IMG/VR virus record: IMGVR_UViG_3300045988_061000
Span: 1-41,614 of that record
Source of the DNA: a virus
Length of the DNA stretch: 41,614 nucleotides
Reading direction: 5' to 3' (one strand)
The position numbers and the translations under genes were made by a program. The notes beneath the pieces were generated by a model. That model worked only from the letters and a program-made list of their open reading frames with translations. It was not told where the DNA came from and made no database searches. Of this stretch, positions 25,652 to 35,610 are shown in pieces. Positions within the stretch are counted from its first letter, which is position 1, and every line of letters begins with the position of its first letter.

Positions 25652-25821
25652 CAGACCTAGAACGGTATTTCACTGAGTGCGCGATTACATGTAGTAAATA
25701 CACTAGCACACCGATGGACTACTTTATTCGAGAGCTAGACATGGATGAGTTCATAGTCCATGTTCAGCTCATTAGTGATGGTATCGAGCGCGAGAATAAA
25801 GCAATGAAAGTGAGAAAATAA
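25609..25821 (+). CDS. -1 frame extension of the tail chaperone (gpE+E'/gpGT analogue)
   Basis: The ORF is in the -1 frame relative to 25355..25651, overlaps its last 43 nt and ends at the tape measure start. Confidence 0.55.
   Translation: MLRGTEFFAKFRKITDLERYFTECAITCSKYTSTPMDYFIRELDMDEFIVHVQLISDGIERENKAMKVRK
25627..25633 (+). promoter_or_regulatory. programmed -1 frameshift slippery heptamer T TTT TTG
   Basis: In the zero frame the codons read AAT TTT TTG (25625-25633), which fits the X XXY YYZ pattern. Confidence 0.55.
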
Positions 25822-28160
25822 TGGCCAATAAAGTCTTAGAAATGGCGATTGCCATTAAAGGTAAACTCGATGGTGGGTTATCCTCCTCCGTATCAAAAGC
25901 GTCTCAGGAACTCAACAAGTTATCTAATGCAATCAAAGACCAACAGGCACAATATAGGAAACTACAGGCTATATCGCAAAAGACTGGTAATGCTAGTGAC
26001 AGGAATGCAGCAATTGCAGCTGAGCAAAAGCTAAATTCGATGTTGCAACGGCAAGCCCAGTTGCGGTCTAATATCGCAAGTCAGACAGCGCATCAAAATG
26101 CAATCAGTAAAATGGGTGGTGCAAGTCCTTTAGCAGGTGCTGCATCAGCTGCGCAAGGTGCTAGTGCTGCGGTAAGTGGCATTACAGGTAAGCTTGCAAG
26201 TTTTGCTATGGTTGCCGCCGGTGGGTTTGGTATTGGTGCCATTATAGATAATGTAGTTAATGCCGGTGAAGCACTCTATCAATTGTCCAATAAACTACAT
26301 ATGACAACTGCTGAAACATCGCAATTTAAGAAGATTATGACGTTAAGTGGTGTCGATGTAGAAGCGGCGGCTAAGTCATTCGCTAAAATGGATAAGACTT
26401 TAGCCGGTGGCGGTAAAAGTGCAGAAGCATTGCAAGGATACCTCAGTCAATTTGGTGTATCCTTGACCGATGCCAATGGTAAATTATTGCCTATGAATCA
26501 ACAGTTGGATGCAATGGCTAAAGGGTACCAAAATGCAGTAGCACAAGGGCGTGGCCAAGAATTCATGCTTGAAACATTAGGTGCTAAAGGCATGGAGCTT
26601 ACTAAAGTTTTTGAAAATTACGCAGATGCACAAGCAGCCGCGTCACAAATTAAAGGTGTTGGTATAGATCCTAAATCACTCCATGAAATATGGTTACAAA
26701 TGAACATCTTGAAAGCAGAAGCTACGCAAGTTGCATTAGGTTTGGCACAGGCATTTATACCAATTGCTCAGCAAATATTACCGGCACTGATACCGGTATT
26801 ACAAGCCGTTGTAACGTTCATGAAGGATAATAAGGAAGCTATTGCCGCCGTAGTCACTAATGGCTTGAAATTGGCATTACTATATGGCACGGCTACTAAG
26901 TTAGCATCAGGTATTACTACAATTACCACGGCATTTAAAGGTGTAGAAACGGCAATGGGTGCGTTTAAAGCAGCGGGTGCATTAATAGGTGGGCCTTGGG
27001 TAATTGCTATTATGGCGATTATTGCAGTGATATACCTATTAGTAACTAACTGGGATACTATTTGTGCTACATTAACATCTGTTTGGGATAGTGTATGTTT
27101 TGGGTTGAGTTCAATATGGGATAGCGTGTGTTCTGCTTTAAGTTCCGCATGGAGCGCCATTATATCAGGTATTATGGCTGTAATTAATGGGTTTTTATCA
27201 TTAGGGCTTAGCGTATTTAATGCGTTGAAAGCGGTAATCATTGCTTATGTAAATCTATGGTTAAACTTACCAACATATATTGGTATGGCGGTAGGCTTTA
27301 TTATAGGAATTATTATGCGATTGCCAGAGATTGCGGTACAAGTTGGTACTGCTGTTATATCTGCCGTCGTCTCATTCGCGACAGAGTGTTATAACTTCGC
27401 AGTCACTACCTTTAGTGCCATGGTCGATGATATTTATAACTTCTTAATCAATTTACCCATGTACATGATCACGTTGGGTGCTGAGTTTGTAGCTGCGGTT
27501 ATTTCGTTTGCCTCTGAGGCATATGCTACGGCCACATCGTGGATTAGTAGTTTGGTTAACGATGTTATTAATTTCATTATGAATTTACCAAATGCATGTG
27601 CTGATGCGGGAGCCGGTTTCGTAGCTGCCGCAGGTCAATGGGCAAGTGATGCATATAATGCGGTACTAGATTGGATTAAACAAATTCCTAGTGCTGTGTC
27701 TAATGCAATTTCAGGAGCATGGGATAGTATTAAGGCACAATTTAGTGGTGGATTTACTGTAGGTGTTCAAGCTGCAGGCGGTAATGCGTATGCTAATGGT
27801 GGTGTTATTACATCTCCAGAAGTTGCGTTAATTGGTGAAGCTGGATATCCTGAAGTAATTGTACCTATTGATGGTAGTGCAAATGCTATGAATTTATGGC
27901 AAACGGCCGGGCGGATGTTAGGTGTGAGTGGTGCGCAGTCAGCTGTAGCACCTACTGTATCATTAGCACCTAGCGTACCTGTAACATCCTCATCTAGTAA
28001 TAGTGGTGCACCTGTACAAATTACTTTCGCACCAGTTATTAACGCGGGTAATGGTTCTTCAACAGATGATATTATGTCAGCATTAGACGCTAAAATGCGT
28101 GAATTTGAACAAATGATGCGTAGCTATACCGCCGGACAACGGAGGTTGAGTTATGACTAA
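25821..28160 (+). CDS. tape measure protein
   Basis: 779 aa. Ala/Gly-rich helical N-terminus, central hydrophobic repeat block, position after the chaperones. Confidence 0.9.
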   Translation: MANKVLEMAIAIKGKLDGGLSSSVSKASQELNKLSNAIKDQQAQYRKLQAISQKTGNASDRNAAIAAEQKLNSMLQRQAQLRSNIASQTAHQNAISKMGGASPLAGAASAAQGASAAVSGITGKLASFAMVAAGGFGIGAIIDNVVNAGEALYQLSNKLHMTTAETSQFKKIMTLSGVDVEAAAKSFAKMDKTLAGGGKSAEALQGYLSQFGVSLTDANGKLLPMNQQLDAMAKGYQNAVAQGRGQEFMLETLGAKGMELTKVFENYADAQAAASQIKGVGIDPKSLHEIWLQMNILKAEATQVALGLAQAFIPIAQQILPALIPVLQAVVTFMKDNKEAIAAVVTNGLKLALLYGTATKLASGITTITTAFKGVETAMGAFKAAGALIGGPWVIAIMAIIAVIYLLVTNWDTICATLTSVWDSVCFGLSSIWDSVCSALSSAWSAIISGIMAVINGFLSLGLSVFNALKAVIIAYVNLWLNLPTYIGMAVGFIIGIIMRLPEIAVQVGTAVISAVVSFATECYNFAVTTFSAMVDDIYNFLINLPMYMITLGAEFVAAVISFASEAYATATSWISSLVNDVINFIMNLPNACADAGAGFVAAAGQWASDAYNAVLDWIKQIPSAVSNAISGAWDSIKAQFSGGFTVGVQAAGGNAYANGGVITSPEVALIGEAGYPEVIVPIDGSANAMNLWQTAGRMLGVSGAQSAVAPTVSLAPSVPVTSSSSNSGAPVQITFAPVINAGNGSSTDDIMSALDAKMREFEQMMRSYTAGQRRLSYD

Positions 28161-28356
28161 CTATACAACAATACAAGGGGATATGTGGGATTTAATCGCC
28201 TATAAGGTGTACGGTAACGAACGATACATCAATCTATTATTAGAAGCCAATCAAAAGCACCGTAATACGGCGATATTTTCCGCTGGTGTTGTGTTGACAT
28301 GCCCAGATGTCCCTGCTGATTCCTTACCTGAATTCTTACCACCATGGAGGCGATAG
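28153..28356 (+). CDS. tail protein X (LysM-like)
   Basis: 67 aa. YTTIQGDMWDLIAYKVYGNERYINLLLEANQ resembles P2 gpX. Confidence 0.7.
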   Translation: MTNYTTIQGDMWDLIAYKVYGNERYINLLLEANQKHRNTAIFSAGVVLTCPDVPADSLPEFLPPWRR

Positions 28357-28359
28357 TAT

Positions 28360-29520
28360 ATGAGCTTACAAAAGAGCCTAGCTAAGGTCCAAAAATGGAA
28401 GAAAGACTTAACGCCACAAACGAAATTAGCACGGCGGGCATGGTGTACGATTGGGTACCAACATTGGGGGAGTAAGGAGTCAAAGGACATCACCGACGAT
28501 ATTAGTAAATACCTTCTTGATGTAACTTTCACAGATAACCTTTCAGGGACTGTAGATGATGTAGCCATTTCATTAGAGGATAGGGGCCGTCTATGGGTCG
28601 GTGATTGGTATCCTGTGAAAGGATCATTACTAGAAGTCGCTATTAATACCGTAGCATGGGAGAAATTAGGGGATGAACAATTTACATTACCAATCGGCAA
28701 ATTTGAAATTGATGAATTTGAGGGAAGTAGCCTTCCTGATGTAGTCAAAATCAAAGGTGTCGCTATTATCGGTAGTACTGACTTACGGGAGAAAAAGAAA
28801 GACAAATCGTGGAAAGCCACAACGCTGAAAGCGATTGCTACCGAAAAGGCAAAAGATAATAAGTTAAAGCTAGTATGGGATGCTGATTTTGACCCACCGT
28901 TAAAAGATGCCTCTCAAAGTGCTGAATCAGACCTCGCATTCTTGCAGAAACTATGCAATGATGCGGGGTTTTCTCTTAAAGTATCCACTGAACAGTTGAT
29001 TATATTCGATGATTACAAATACGAAAATGTGAAGCCTAAAGTTATAATTCGTAGACCAGGTGGCCAGTATCAACCTGTACAGACTAAAGAAGGTGAACAA
29101 CCGCCTTTGATTATTACTAGGGCGTTATCTTATTCATATAAAAGTAAAACTCGTGAGGTATATCGTGCATGTCATGTGAAATACACCAATAAGGATAAGA
29201 AAACTGTGATTGAGGATACGTTTGAAGATCCTGACCGTAAGGGCCATACGTACCTTGCTGTATTAGAGGTCAATGAGCAGGTAAAAGACAAAGCGGAGGC
29301 AAAGAGATTGGCTAAAAAGAAGCTAAGAGAAGCCAACAAGGAAGCCGATACAATGTCTTTTAGTTTCCATGGTAATCCTCTTATTATGGCATCGGTTACG
29401 GTTAAACTCGAAGGATTTGGGGTATTCGATGGTAATTATTTAATTACGAAAGCAACGCATACATTAGGGGCCAATTATTCAACGTCGATTGATGTAAGGA
29501 GGTGTTTAAATGGCTACTGA
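28360..29520 (+). CDS. baseplate hub / late control gene D-like protein
   Basis: 386 aa in the gpD / Mu gp44 / XkdQ position. Confidence 0.75.
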   Translation: MSLQKSLAKVQKWKKDLTPQTKLARRAWCTIGYQHWGSKESKDITDDISKYLLDVTFTDNLSGTVDDVAISLEDRGRLWVGDWYPVKGSLLEVAINTVAWEKLGDEQFTLPIGKFEIDEFEGSSLPDVVKIKGVAIIGSTDLREKKKDKSWKATTLKAIATEKAKDNKLKLVWDADFDPPLKDASQSAESDLAFLQKLCNDAGFSLKVSTEQLIIFDDYKYENVKPKVIIRRPGGQYQPVQTKEGEQPPLIITRALSYSYKSKTREVYRACHVKYTNKDKKTVIEDTFEDPDRKGHTYLAVLEVNEQVKDKAEAKRLAKKKLREANKEADTMSFSFHGNPLIMASVTVKLEGFGVFDGNYLITKATHTLGANYSTSIDVRRCLNGY

Positions 29521-29974
29521 TATATTATCTGCATTAGCAGATATGATATTCATTGGAAATGTTTCAAGTACAATTCCTGAAGAAGGTAAAGCCGTTGTTA
29601 CGCGCCTTGATAGAGAAGGTGTTGTTACGGCGCCACTATCTGTCATTAATCGAGGTGCAGCACATGATAAGGACTATTGGATGCCGGCTATTGATGACCA
29701 GGTATTGTGTATTATGTTACCTAATCGGTCCGGTCGTGGTTTTTCTGATGGATTCATTATTGGCACATTCTTTAGTAGTGCGGATCCAACTCCAGATGGT
29801 GCGGATAATGGTAAACGTGTGCTCACTGTTCCTGGAGATATGATTCTTAATGTTGGTGGAACGCTATCTATCAATTCAAGTGGTGGCGATGTGGTGGTCA
29901 ATGGTATTTCCTTAGTTCATCATGTGCATGGTGGTGTGGAGTCTGGTGGTTCTACAACATCAGGACCAGTATAG
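29510..29974 (+). CDS. baseplate assembly protein V / spike
   Basis: 154 aa. OB-fold-like N-terminus and C-terminal GGDVVVNGISLVHHVHGG, typical of gpV/gp45. Confidence 0.8.
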   Translation: MATDILSALADMIFIGNVSSTIPEEGKAVVTRLDREGVVTAPLSVINRGAAHDKDYWMPAIDDQVLCIMLPNRSGRGFSDGFIIGTFFSSADPTPDGADNGKRVLTVPGDMILNVGGTLSINSSGGDVVVNGISLVHHVHGGVESGGSTTSGPV

Positions 29975-29983
29975 GAGGTATAT

Positions 29984-30460
29984 ATGTATATCGGTTATTT
30001 AGCGGATATAGTATTTTATACCGCATTAGACAATGTTCTAACTGTATCGGATGTAACGCGTTCAGGTAGTGCTAGATGGGAAAAGCACAATTTGATTCTA
30101 GAAAAGCCGGTTAAACAATTTAGTGGGCCTGACGTAGAACAAATAACATGTAAAATTCTTATTTCTACATCGCTTGGACAATCTCCAGATAGTACTGTTA
30201 AGAAGTTACGAAATTATCGCGATACAGGAGCTGTATTGCCGTTTATTATCGGTGGTAAGCCTGTTAGTCAAAATTACTTTGTAATCATGTCTATGAGTGA
30301 AGATAGTCTATTTACGGATGCCTATGGTAAAACACAATCTATTGAAGTATCACTAACTCTTGAGGAATACCCAGATAAGAACACTGTAGAAGAAAAGTCC
30401 ATGCTAAACCAATATGGTCAGAAGTTCAATAAAGTTAATACGATATTGAGGAGGTTCTAG
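29984..30460 (+). CDS. P2 GpU-family tail protein
   Basis: 158 aa. ...SARWEKHNLILEKPVKQFSGPDVEQITCKILIS...VIMSMSE fits my recollection of the GpU family pattern. Confidence 0.55.
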   Translation: MYIGYLADIVFYTALDNVLTVSDVTRSGSARWEKHNLILEKPVKQFSGPDVEQITCKILISTSLGQSPDSTVKKLRNYRDTGAVLPFIIGGKPVSQNYFVIMSMSEDSLFTDAYGKTQSIEVSLTLEEYPDKNTVEEKSMLNQYGQKFNKVNTILRRF

Positions 30461-30462
30461 CC

Positions 30463-30774
30463 ATGTCAGCAACATATGAAATTAAACCAGTTACGGACAA
30501 TAGGATATCGCTAGCACCTGAAAGTGAGGTCGCTGAGATTTTGCAGAATGTGCAAACGATTATTTCTACTGTTCGTGGTAGTGTGCCACTAGATAGGGAG
30601 TTTGGTATTGATGGTCGCATTATTGATATGCCTATTCATCAAGCACAAGCGCATCTATCTAATGACATATTCCAACAAATTAAACGGTACGAACCACGTG
30701 CCAAAATTAGTGATATATCATTTACCGCCACACAAAATGGTGCGTTGATTCCGAAAGTGATGGTGACTGTATGA
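30463..30774 (+). CDS. baseplate wedge protein gpW/gp25-like
   Basis: 103 aa. ILQNVQTIISTVRGSVPLDREFG...IKRYEPRAKI is typical of GPW_gp25. Confidence 0.8.
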   Translation: MSATYEIKPVTDNRISLAPESEVAEILQNVQTIISTVRGSVPLDREFGIDGRIIDMPIHQAQAHLSNDIFQQIKRYEPRAKISDISFTATQNGALIPKVMVTV

Positions 30775-31892
30775 GATTATCTGATTTACCTAATGTTGAG
30801 TTTTTTAACACCGATAAAGAACACGTTCAACAGAAGGTATTTGATATTTACACAACAATAACAGGGCGAACCTTGGGAGAGGGCGACCCTGTTACTTTAT
30901 TTTTAAATGTGATCTCGGAAATTATTATCCGATTATTGAATGATGCAAATTATGCAGCTAAACAAAATCTATTAGCCTATGCAGAAGGTAATAACTTGGA
31001 CCACGTTGGAGCGGTTCCTGCTGCCGTTGAGCGACTACAGGCAACAAAAGCGACTACGACTATCCAAGCTACATTGTCAGCAGTGCGTACAAATTCTGTC
31101 ATTATTCCAAAAGGTACAAGAATATCTACAGAAAGTGGCGAATATTTTGCTACTGTTGAAGATTTGGTAATTCTACCAGGTCAACTCAATGGATCCATAA
31201 AAGCAGAAGCACAACGCACGGGCGCTCAAGGTAATGGGTTTAAACCAGGTGAGATAAGTACAATTATTGACCCTATAGCGTATGTGGATACGATGAGTAA
31301 CACCACATTATCTGAAGGTGGTTCTGATACAGAAGATGATGAAGCCTATCGTGAACGTATTCATGAGGCTCCTGAATCATTCTCTGTGGCAGGTCCTGAA
31401 GGTGCCTATGAGTATTTCACGAAATCAGCATCACACCTTGTGGCCGATGTAGGTGTATCTTCTCCACATCCTGGGGAAGTTAATATCTATCCATTACTAT
31501 CTGGCGGTGGTATTCCAGGGCAAGAATTACTTAAGACTATTACGGATTATTTGTCTGATAAGAAACGTAGACCGTTAACAGATAAGCTAACTGTATTAGC
31601 TCCTACTACTACGCAATATAACATCGATGCTAAGTATTATATTGAAAAGGGCGCCGATGCAACAGTGGTAAAAGCTAAGGCAGATAAAGCCGTCAATGAC
31701 TATGTAATTTGGCAAAAATCTAAATTAGGCCGTGATATAGTGCCTAGTCGATTGGTGCAAATGCTTATGGATGTATCTGGTATTAAACGCGTTGAAGTGA
31801 CTGCTCCTGTATTTACTCAGATTGCAGAACAAAGCGGTGTGGCAGTAGCCAATACAATCGCCATAGTATTTGCAGGAAGCGAGGAAGAATGA
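30771..31892 (+). CDS. baseplate protein J
   Basis: 373 aa following gpW. EDDEAYRERI and overall pattern typical of Baseplate_J. Confidence 0.85.
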   Translation: MRLSDLPNVEFFNTDKEHVQQKVFDIYTTITGRTLGEGDPVTLFLNVISEIIIRLLNDANYAAKQNLLAYAEGNNLDHVGAVPAAVERLQATKATTTIQATLSAVRTNSVIIPKGTRISTESGEYFATVEDLVILPGQLNGSIKAEAQRTGAQGNGFKPGEISTIIDPIAYVDTMSNTTLSEGGSDTEDDEAYRERIHEAPESFSVAGPEGAYEYFTKSASHLVADVGVSSPHPGEVNIYPLLSGGGIPGQELLKTITDYLSDKKRRPLTDKLTVLAPTTTQYNIDAKYYIEKGADATVVKAKADKAVNDYVIWQKSKLGRDIVPSRLVQMLMDVSGIKRVEVTAPVFTQIAEQSGVAVANTIAIVFAGSEEE

Positions 31893-32548
31893 TACGTGAT
31901 AGTAAGTATACAAGCGCAGAACATCTTCCCTCCTCAATCGATAGGGAGCCAATTAAAGCCCTTGCTAAAACGTGGGATGATACGCTAGCCGAATTAATGA
32001 ATACGAATACGCTGCTATTGTGGTCATCTATTGATACTGAATCAGAGAGTGTCATTGATCATTTAGCGTATCAATTACATGTAGATGATTACGATAGTGG
32101 ATTACCAATAGCAACTAAGCGTGAATTGGTGAAGAATTCAATTGATATTCACCGCCATAAAGGTACACCATATGCAGTCGAAAAGACTGTGCAGACTGTA
32201 TATTCTGATTCGAAAATTGCAGAATGGTTCGAATATGGTGGTAAGCCTTATTATTTCAAGGTCACACTTATTACGGCACCATTAACTGGTGAATCGGACA
32301 TTGCTAAGCTTGTGCGTGCTATCAATACGGCCAAGAATGTACGGTCCTGGTTAGATGGTATTGAATTCATTCGACGAATTAACTTCAATAAGTATTTCGC
32401 CGGGTGGTGCGGTGTATCTAAAAAGATGAATATCAAGTGTGATTTTACGAATGCATGGCGCATTAATTTGAATACCCATGTAACGTCTTACACTGTTGAA
32501 TCAAAGAAAACGAAAATTAATGTAGCGCTAGATAATAGCGTTAGATAG
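31889..32548 (+). CDS. tail protein I (P2 gpI-like)
   Basis: 219 aa. LAYQLHVDDYD...KRELVKNSIDIHRHKGTPYAVEKTV is typical of gpI. Confidence 0.8.
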   Translation: MIRDSKYTSAEHLPSSIDREPIKALAKTWDDTLAELMNTNTLLLWSSIDTESESVIDHLAYQLHVDDYDSGLPIATKRELVKNSIDIHRHKGTPYAVEKTVQTVYSDSKIAEWFEYGGKPYYFKVTLITAPLTGESDIAKLVRAINTAKNVRSWLDGIEFIRRINFNKYFAGWCGVSKKMNIKCDFTNAWRINLNTHVTSYTVESKKTKINVALDNSVR

Positions 32549-32557
32549 GAGGAATAT

Positions 32558-33526
32558 ATGGCAGAATGGTCAAATGCAACCATGACTGATGTCGGTGCTG
32601 ATTTACAAGCAAAGGTAAATGCAGGAAAGACTAAACTAACATTCACGAAAATCAAAGTCGGTAGTGGTGTTAATGCAACGAATCCATTGGCATTAACTGA
32701 TGTAATCTCCTCTAAATGGGAGACTACTAATTTCGTAGTTAAACAAGAAGGTAAAATCGTAAGCGTTGATACCTTTATAACTAATACTGGCATACATGAA
32801 GCTTTCCGAATGTCTGAAATTGGACTATTTGCACAAGATCCTGATAAAGGCGAAATATTGTATGCATACCTTACGGACCCTGAACCGGACAGAATGCCGG
32901 CAGAAGGTGGTTCGGTAGTTGTATCTCAAGAATTAACCATCGGAATGGTATTTAGTAATACGGGGAATGTATCGCTAACTGTTAACATGGGCGCGTTGGT
33001 AACACATGAGCAGTTAACAGAAGCAGTTAAACAACATAATGATGATACAAATGCACACGGTGGGTTACTTCAAAATTTAAAGACTCAATTATCCACTCAT
33101 AACACAGATATTTCGTCTCATCCAGCAATTACGGCTATGATTGCAAAAATCCTTGGTGCGACTAACTGGCAAGAAAATCCAGTTGCTACATTGAAGGATA
33201 TAAAAAATCTTCTTGGAATGGGCGGTATTGTAGCACAAAGGCTTGAAGAGAATGGGTTTGTGAAATTTGCTAATGGATTCACTATCCAATGGGGATATAA
33301 AACAGATAATCTATCTACATACCGTCAATTTGCTATTAGCTTATCATTACCATATAGTTCTAAATACATTCCTATGGTAGTTCCAGAATATTTAGGGAAT
33401 CCTACATACGATGGTAATTTAGATAAAAGTACTGCCATTAGTAGAATTGATAAAACACTTACATCATTTAAAGCTTGTGTCGATGACAGATGTACAGGCC
33501 TATATTGGATTACAGTAGGTTCATAA
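32558..33526 (+). CDS. tail fibre protein: constant part 32558..33285 plus the currently expressed tip cassette C1 (33286..33526)
   Basis: 322 aa. N-terminus resembles the P2 gpH tail-collar fibre N-domain (...RMSEIGLFAQDPDKGEILYAYL...). Recombination core CCAATGGGG at 33286-33294 encodes Q244-W-G. C1 tip: QWGYKTDNLSTYRQFAISLSLPYSSKYIPMVVPEYLGNPTYDGNLDKSTAISRIDKTLTSFKACVDDRCTGLYWITVGS. Confidence 0.85.
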   Translation: MAEWSNATMTDVGADLQAKVNAGKTKLTFTKIKVGSGVNATNPLALTDVISSKWETTNFVVKQEGKIVSVDTFITNTGIHEAFRMSEIGLFAQDPDKGEILYAYLTDPEPDRMPAEGGSVVVSQELTIGMVFSNTGNVSLTVNMGALVTHEQLTEAVKQHNDDTNAHGGLLQNLKTQLSTHNTDISSHPAITAMIAKILGATNWQENPVATLKDIKNLLGMGGIVAQRLEENGFVKFANGFTIQWGYKTDNLSTYRQFAISLSLPYSSKYIPMVVPEYLGNPTYDGNLDKSTAISRIDKTLTSFKACVDDRCTGLYWITVGS

Positions 33527-33752
33527 CCAATGGGTAAAAACTAAAGAAACTGCACAGAATAACCCGTTGCCTTTTCCTATAGCATATAGTACAGATTTCA
33601 TTGCGGGTGTTGCTTGTTTCAATGACGGTCCTACTAGCTATGCACCATGGATTAAAATAAAAAATAAAGCAAGTTATTTTGCTGGTTTAAGCGGAGATTG
33701 GAGTCCATATTATGTAAATAAGGAAATAACTTGTATATTTGTAGGGATATAG
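33527..33752 (+). CDS. silent tail-fibre tip cassette C2 (needs no start codon of its own)
   Basis: Begins at the variant core. In phase CAA TGG GTA: QWVKTKETAQNNPLPFPIAYSTDFIAGVACFNDGPTSYAPWIKIKNKASYFAGLSGDWSPYYVNKEITCIFVGI, then stop. The stop abuts the next core. Confidence 0.75.
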
Positions 33753-33984
33753 CCAATGGGGAACATTCAAAGAAAGTCAAGCGGCCGTATCCTATATAAT
33801 TTCTTACATAGAAATATTTGGCACTGTAACTATGATGAAAGATGAGCCTAAACGCTTATATGAAGCTAGTGTTCGAGCAAATAACATTACCATTACTGGA
33901 TTTGAATTACACAGCGGTTATGTTGGCAATCATATTGCCAAAGCTATAAACAATGGGTTTTGGATAAACATAGGTCGTGCGTAA
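33753..33984 (+). CDS. silent tail-fibre tip cassette C3
   Basis: Hand translation from the core: QWGTFKESQAAVSYIISYIEIFGTVTMMKDEPKRLYEASVRANNITITGFELHSGYVGNHIAKAINNGFWINIGRA, then stop. The stop abuts the next core. There is no upstream ATG or RBS. Confidence 0.75.
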
Positions 33985-34198
33985 CCAATGGGGACAAACT
34001 TCTCACAATACATCAGAATATCAATCAAAAGCGACATTACCTATTAGATTTAGTACGCCATTTAAGGCGATTGGCTCGGTTTTTGGTTCGGCAGGCATGG
34101 CGAGTACCAACAATTATGATGATGAAATAAAATTAACATCAACTGATATTGCATTTAGATTTTATGGACATAATTATATCGCTATAGGCTTATCGTAA
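33985..34198 (+). CDS. silent tail-fibre tip cassette C4
   Basis: QWGQTSHNTSEYQSKATLPIRFSTPFKAIGSVFGSAGMASTNNYDDEIKLTSTDIAFRFYGHNYIAIGLS, then stop (track ORF 33977..34198). The stop abuts the next core. Confidence 0.75.
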
Positions 34199-34418
34199 CC
34201 AATGGGGAATAGTTAAAAGAGGTCGTCTTGATGTGTGGTATACTTCGCCAACACAATTTCCAATAGCTTTTACAGAGGTATATGTAGGAGTTGGTACAAT
34301 ACAAGAATCAGCAACTGAGCGTTCTTCTAGCAACTTTGATAATGCTGTCCGTCTTAGCTTAGACAAAATCGAATTTGCAAAGTTTGAACATTATTATATT
34401 GCTCTTGGCAAATCTTAA
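34199..34418 (+). CDS. silent tail-fibre tip cassette C5
   Basis: QWGIVKRGRLDVWYTSPTQFPIAFTEVYVGVGTIQESATERSSSNFDNAVRLSLDKIEFAKFEHYYIALGKS, then stop. An 11-nt spacer precedes the next core. Clearly related to C11 and C4. Confidence 0.75.
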
Positions 34419-34429
34419 CTGCAATACAT

Positions 34430-34664
34430 CCAATGGGGACATATAGCAGATGGAAAAGATATTAATAGAATTATTTCTGTTTTATTGATACTTCCTTGTA
34501 ATGGTAAATATGTGGCGCTTCCAGTAGGTGAATCTAATAACACTAACTTTAATAATTCACTAGATCATCCGTGTGTTGTAATTGCTAAAATGTCAACATC
34601 CTTCAAAGTACAAATAGATGATTATATGACTGGAATAAGTTGGGTCTGCTTAGGAATATGTTAG
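34430..34664 (+). CDS. silent tail-fibre tip cassette C6
   Basis: Hand translation: QWGHIADGKDINRIISVLLILPCNGKYVALPVGESNNTNFNNSLDHPCVVIAKMSTSFKVQIDDYMTGISWVCLGIC, then stop. The stop abuts the next core. Confidence 0.7.
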
Positions 34665-34908
34665 CCAATGGGGATACAAGAAAAGCGTATACGTGTATGA
34701 TGGAACAACTTATCCTATTACATTTCCTACTGCTTTTGATAATGAGTGTTCAGGCGTTTGGCCATCTATAGAACATAAAACGTCATTAGGAGGTAATGAG
34801 GTATTCTATCATACTAATAAAAGCACAACAGGATTTACTCTTGTTGCTGATGCTAGTCATGCAGCTTATACTCTTGATGGTGTTGTCTATTTAGCTATTG
34901 GTAATTAA
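34665..34908 (+). CDS. silent tail-fibre tip cassette C7
   Basis: QWGYKKSVYVYDGTTYPITFPTAFDNECSGVWPSIEHKTSLGGNEVFYHTNKSTTGFTLVADASHAAYTLDGVVYLAIGN, then stop (track ORF 34693..34908). Its stop overlaps the stop of C8 on the other strand. Confidence 0.75.
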
Positions 34909-35127
34909 GCAGAAACACCAAACGAAAATACGCTACATTTGATATTTGGATACTTAAATACAGTATCATTCGTGAACCATACTTTGAATTTTAATTGGTC
35001 ATATTCTGTGATTAAATTCCAATCTGCTTCACGTGGATTTCGGTATTCAGATTTAGCAAAAAAGCAGGTAGAATAAGGAATTATCCAATTATGATATTGT
35101 CCATCTTCGCCGCTTACTCCCCATTGG
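34905..35127 (-). CDS. silent tail-fibre tip cassette C8 (inverted orientation)
   Basis: From the core at 35127 downward: QWGVSGEDGQYHNWIIPYSTCFFAKSEYRNPREADWNLITEYDQLKFKVWFTNDTVFKYPNIKCSVFSFGVSA, then stop (track ORF 34905..35138). Confidence 0.75.
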
Positions 35128-35362
35128 CTAAAATCCAATAGCGCCCCAACGTATAGAGGTAACGTTATTTTGTGCAGACATATATGTGAAGCTGTTTGTT
35201 GTTATTTCTTTAACGGCGCTACTTGTCCAATTATCATTATCTAAGGTTGCCGGCGCTATGTTAGTGACTGCGACAAACGGAGGGAAAGTAAAAGGTATTA
35301 TAAAGTTACTAGCTCCATCGTATATAGTCCTAGCAACTGTGATGTTTGACTTTCCCCATTGG
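35128..35362 (-). CDS. silent tail-fibre tip cassette C9 (inverted orientation, no ATG)
   Basis: Hand translation of the reverse complement: QWGKSNITVARTIYDGASNFIIPFTFPPFVAVTNIAPATLDNDNWTSSAVKEITTNSFTYMSAQNNVTSIRWGAIGF, then stop. The stop abuts the core of C8. Absent from the ORF track because it has no start codon. Confidence 0.75.
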
Positions 35363-35366
35363 CTAA

Positions 35367-35610
35367 TTAGTACCCGATGGTAAAATAAGCAAATCCTTGT
35401 GCTGTACCGCTAGACTTACTTTCATCAGTAATTAATTTACACCCCGTGTTGGATTCATTTGTATAGTAGATTGTATAATTACCTCCTTCCACACTATTAC
35501 GTTTTAATACGGGGAAAACGCCAAGGCATATACTAGCATATGCAGTAGTAAATATTACATCGTAATTGTATCCATCTCCAATTGAAACATTCTTCTTACT
35601 TCCCCATTGG
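35367..35610 (-). CDS. silent tail-fibre tip cassette C10 (inverted orientation)
   Basis: QWGSKKNVSIGDGYNYDVIFTTAYASICLGVFPVLKRNSVEGGNYTIYYTNESNTGCKLITDESKSSGTAQGFAYFTIGY, then stop (track ORF 35367..35624). A 4-nt spacer precedes the next core. Confidence 0.75.

Noticed and set aside
26768-28820. Long antisense track ORFs (26768..27241, 28251..28820, and similar ones such as 8364..8834, 19549..19935, 14845..15177)
   Set aside because: They are embedded opposite well-supported structural or early genes and lack RBSs. Their composition is typical of shadow frames.
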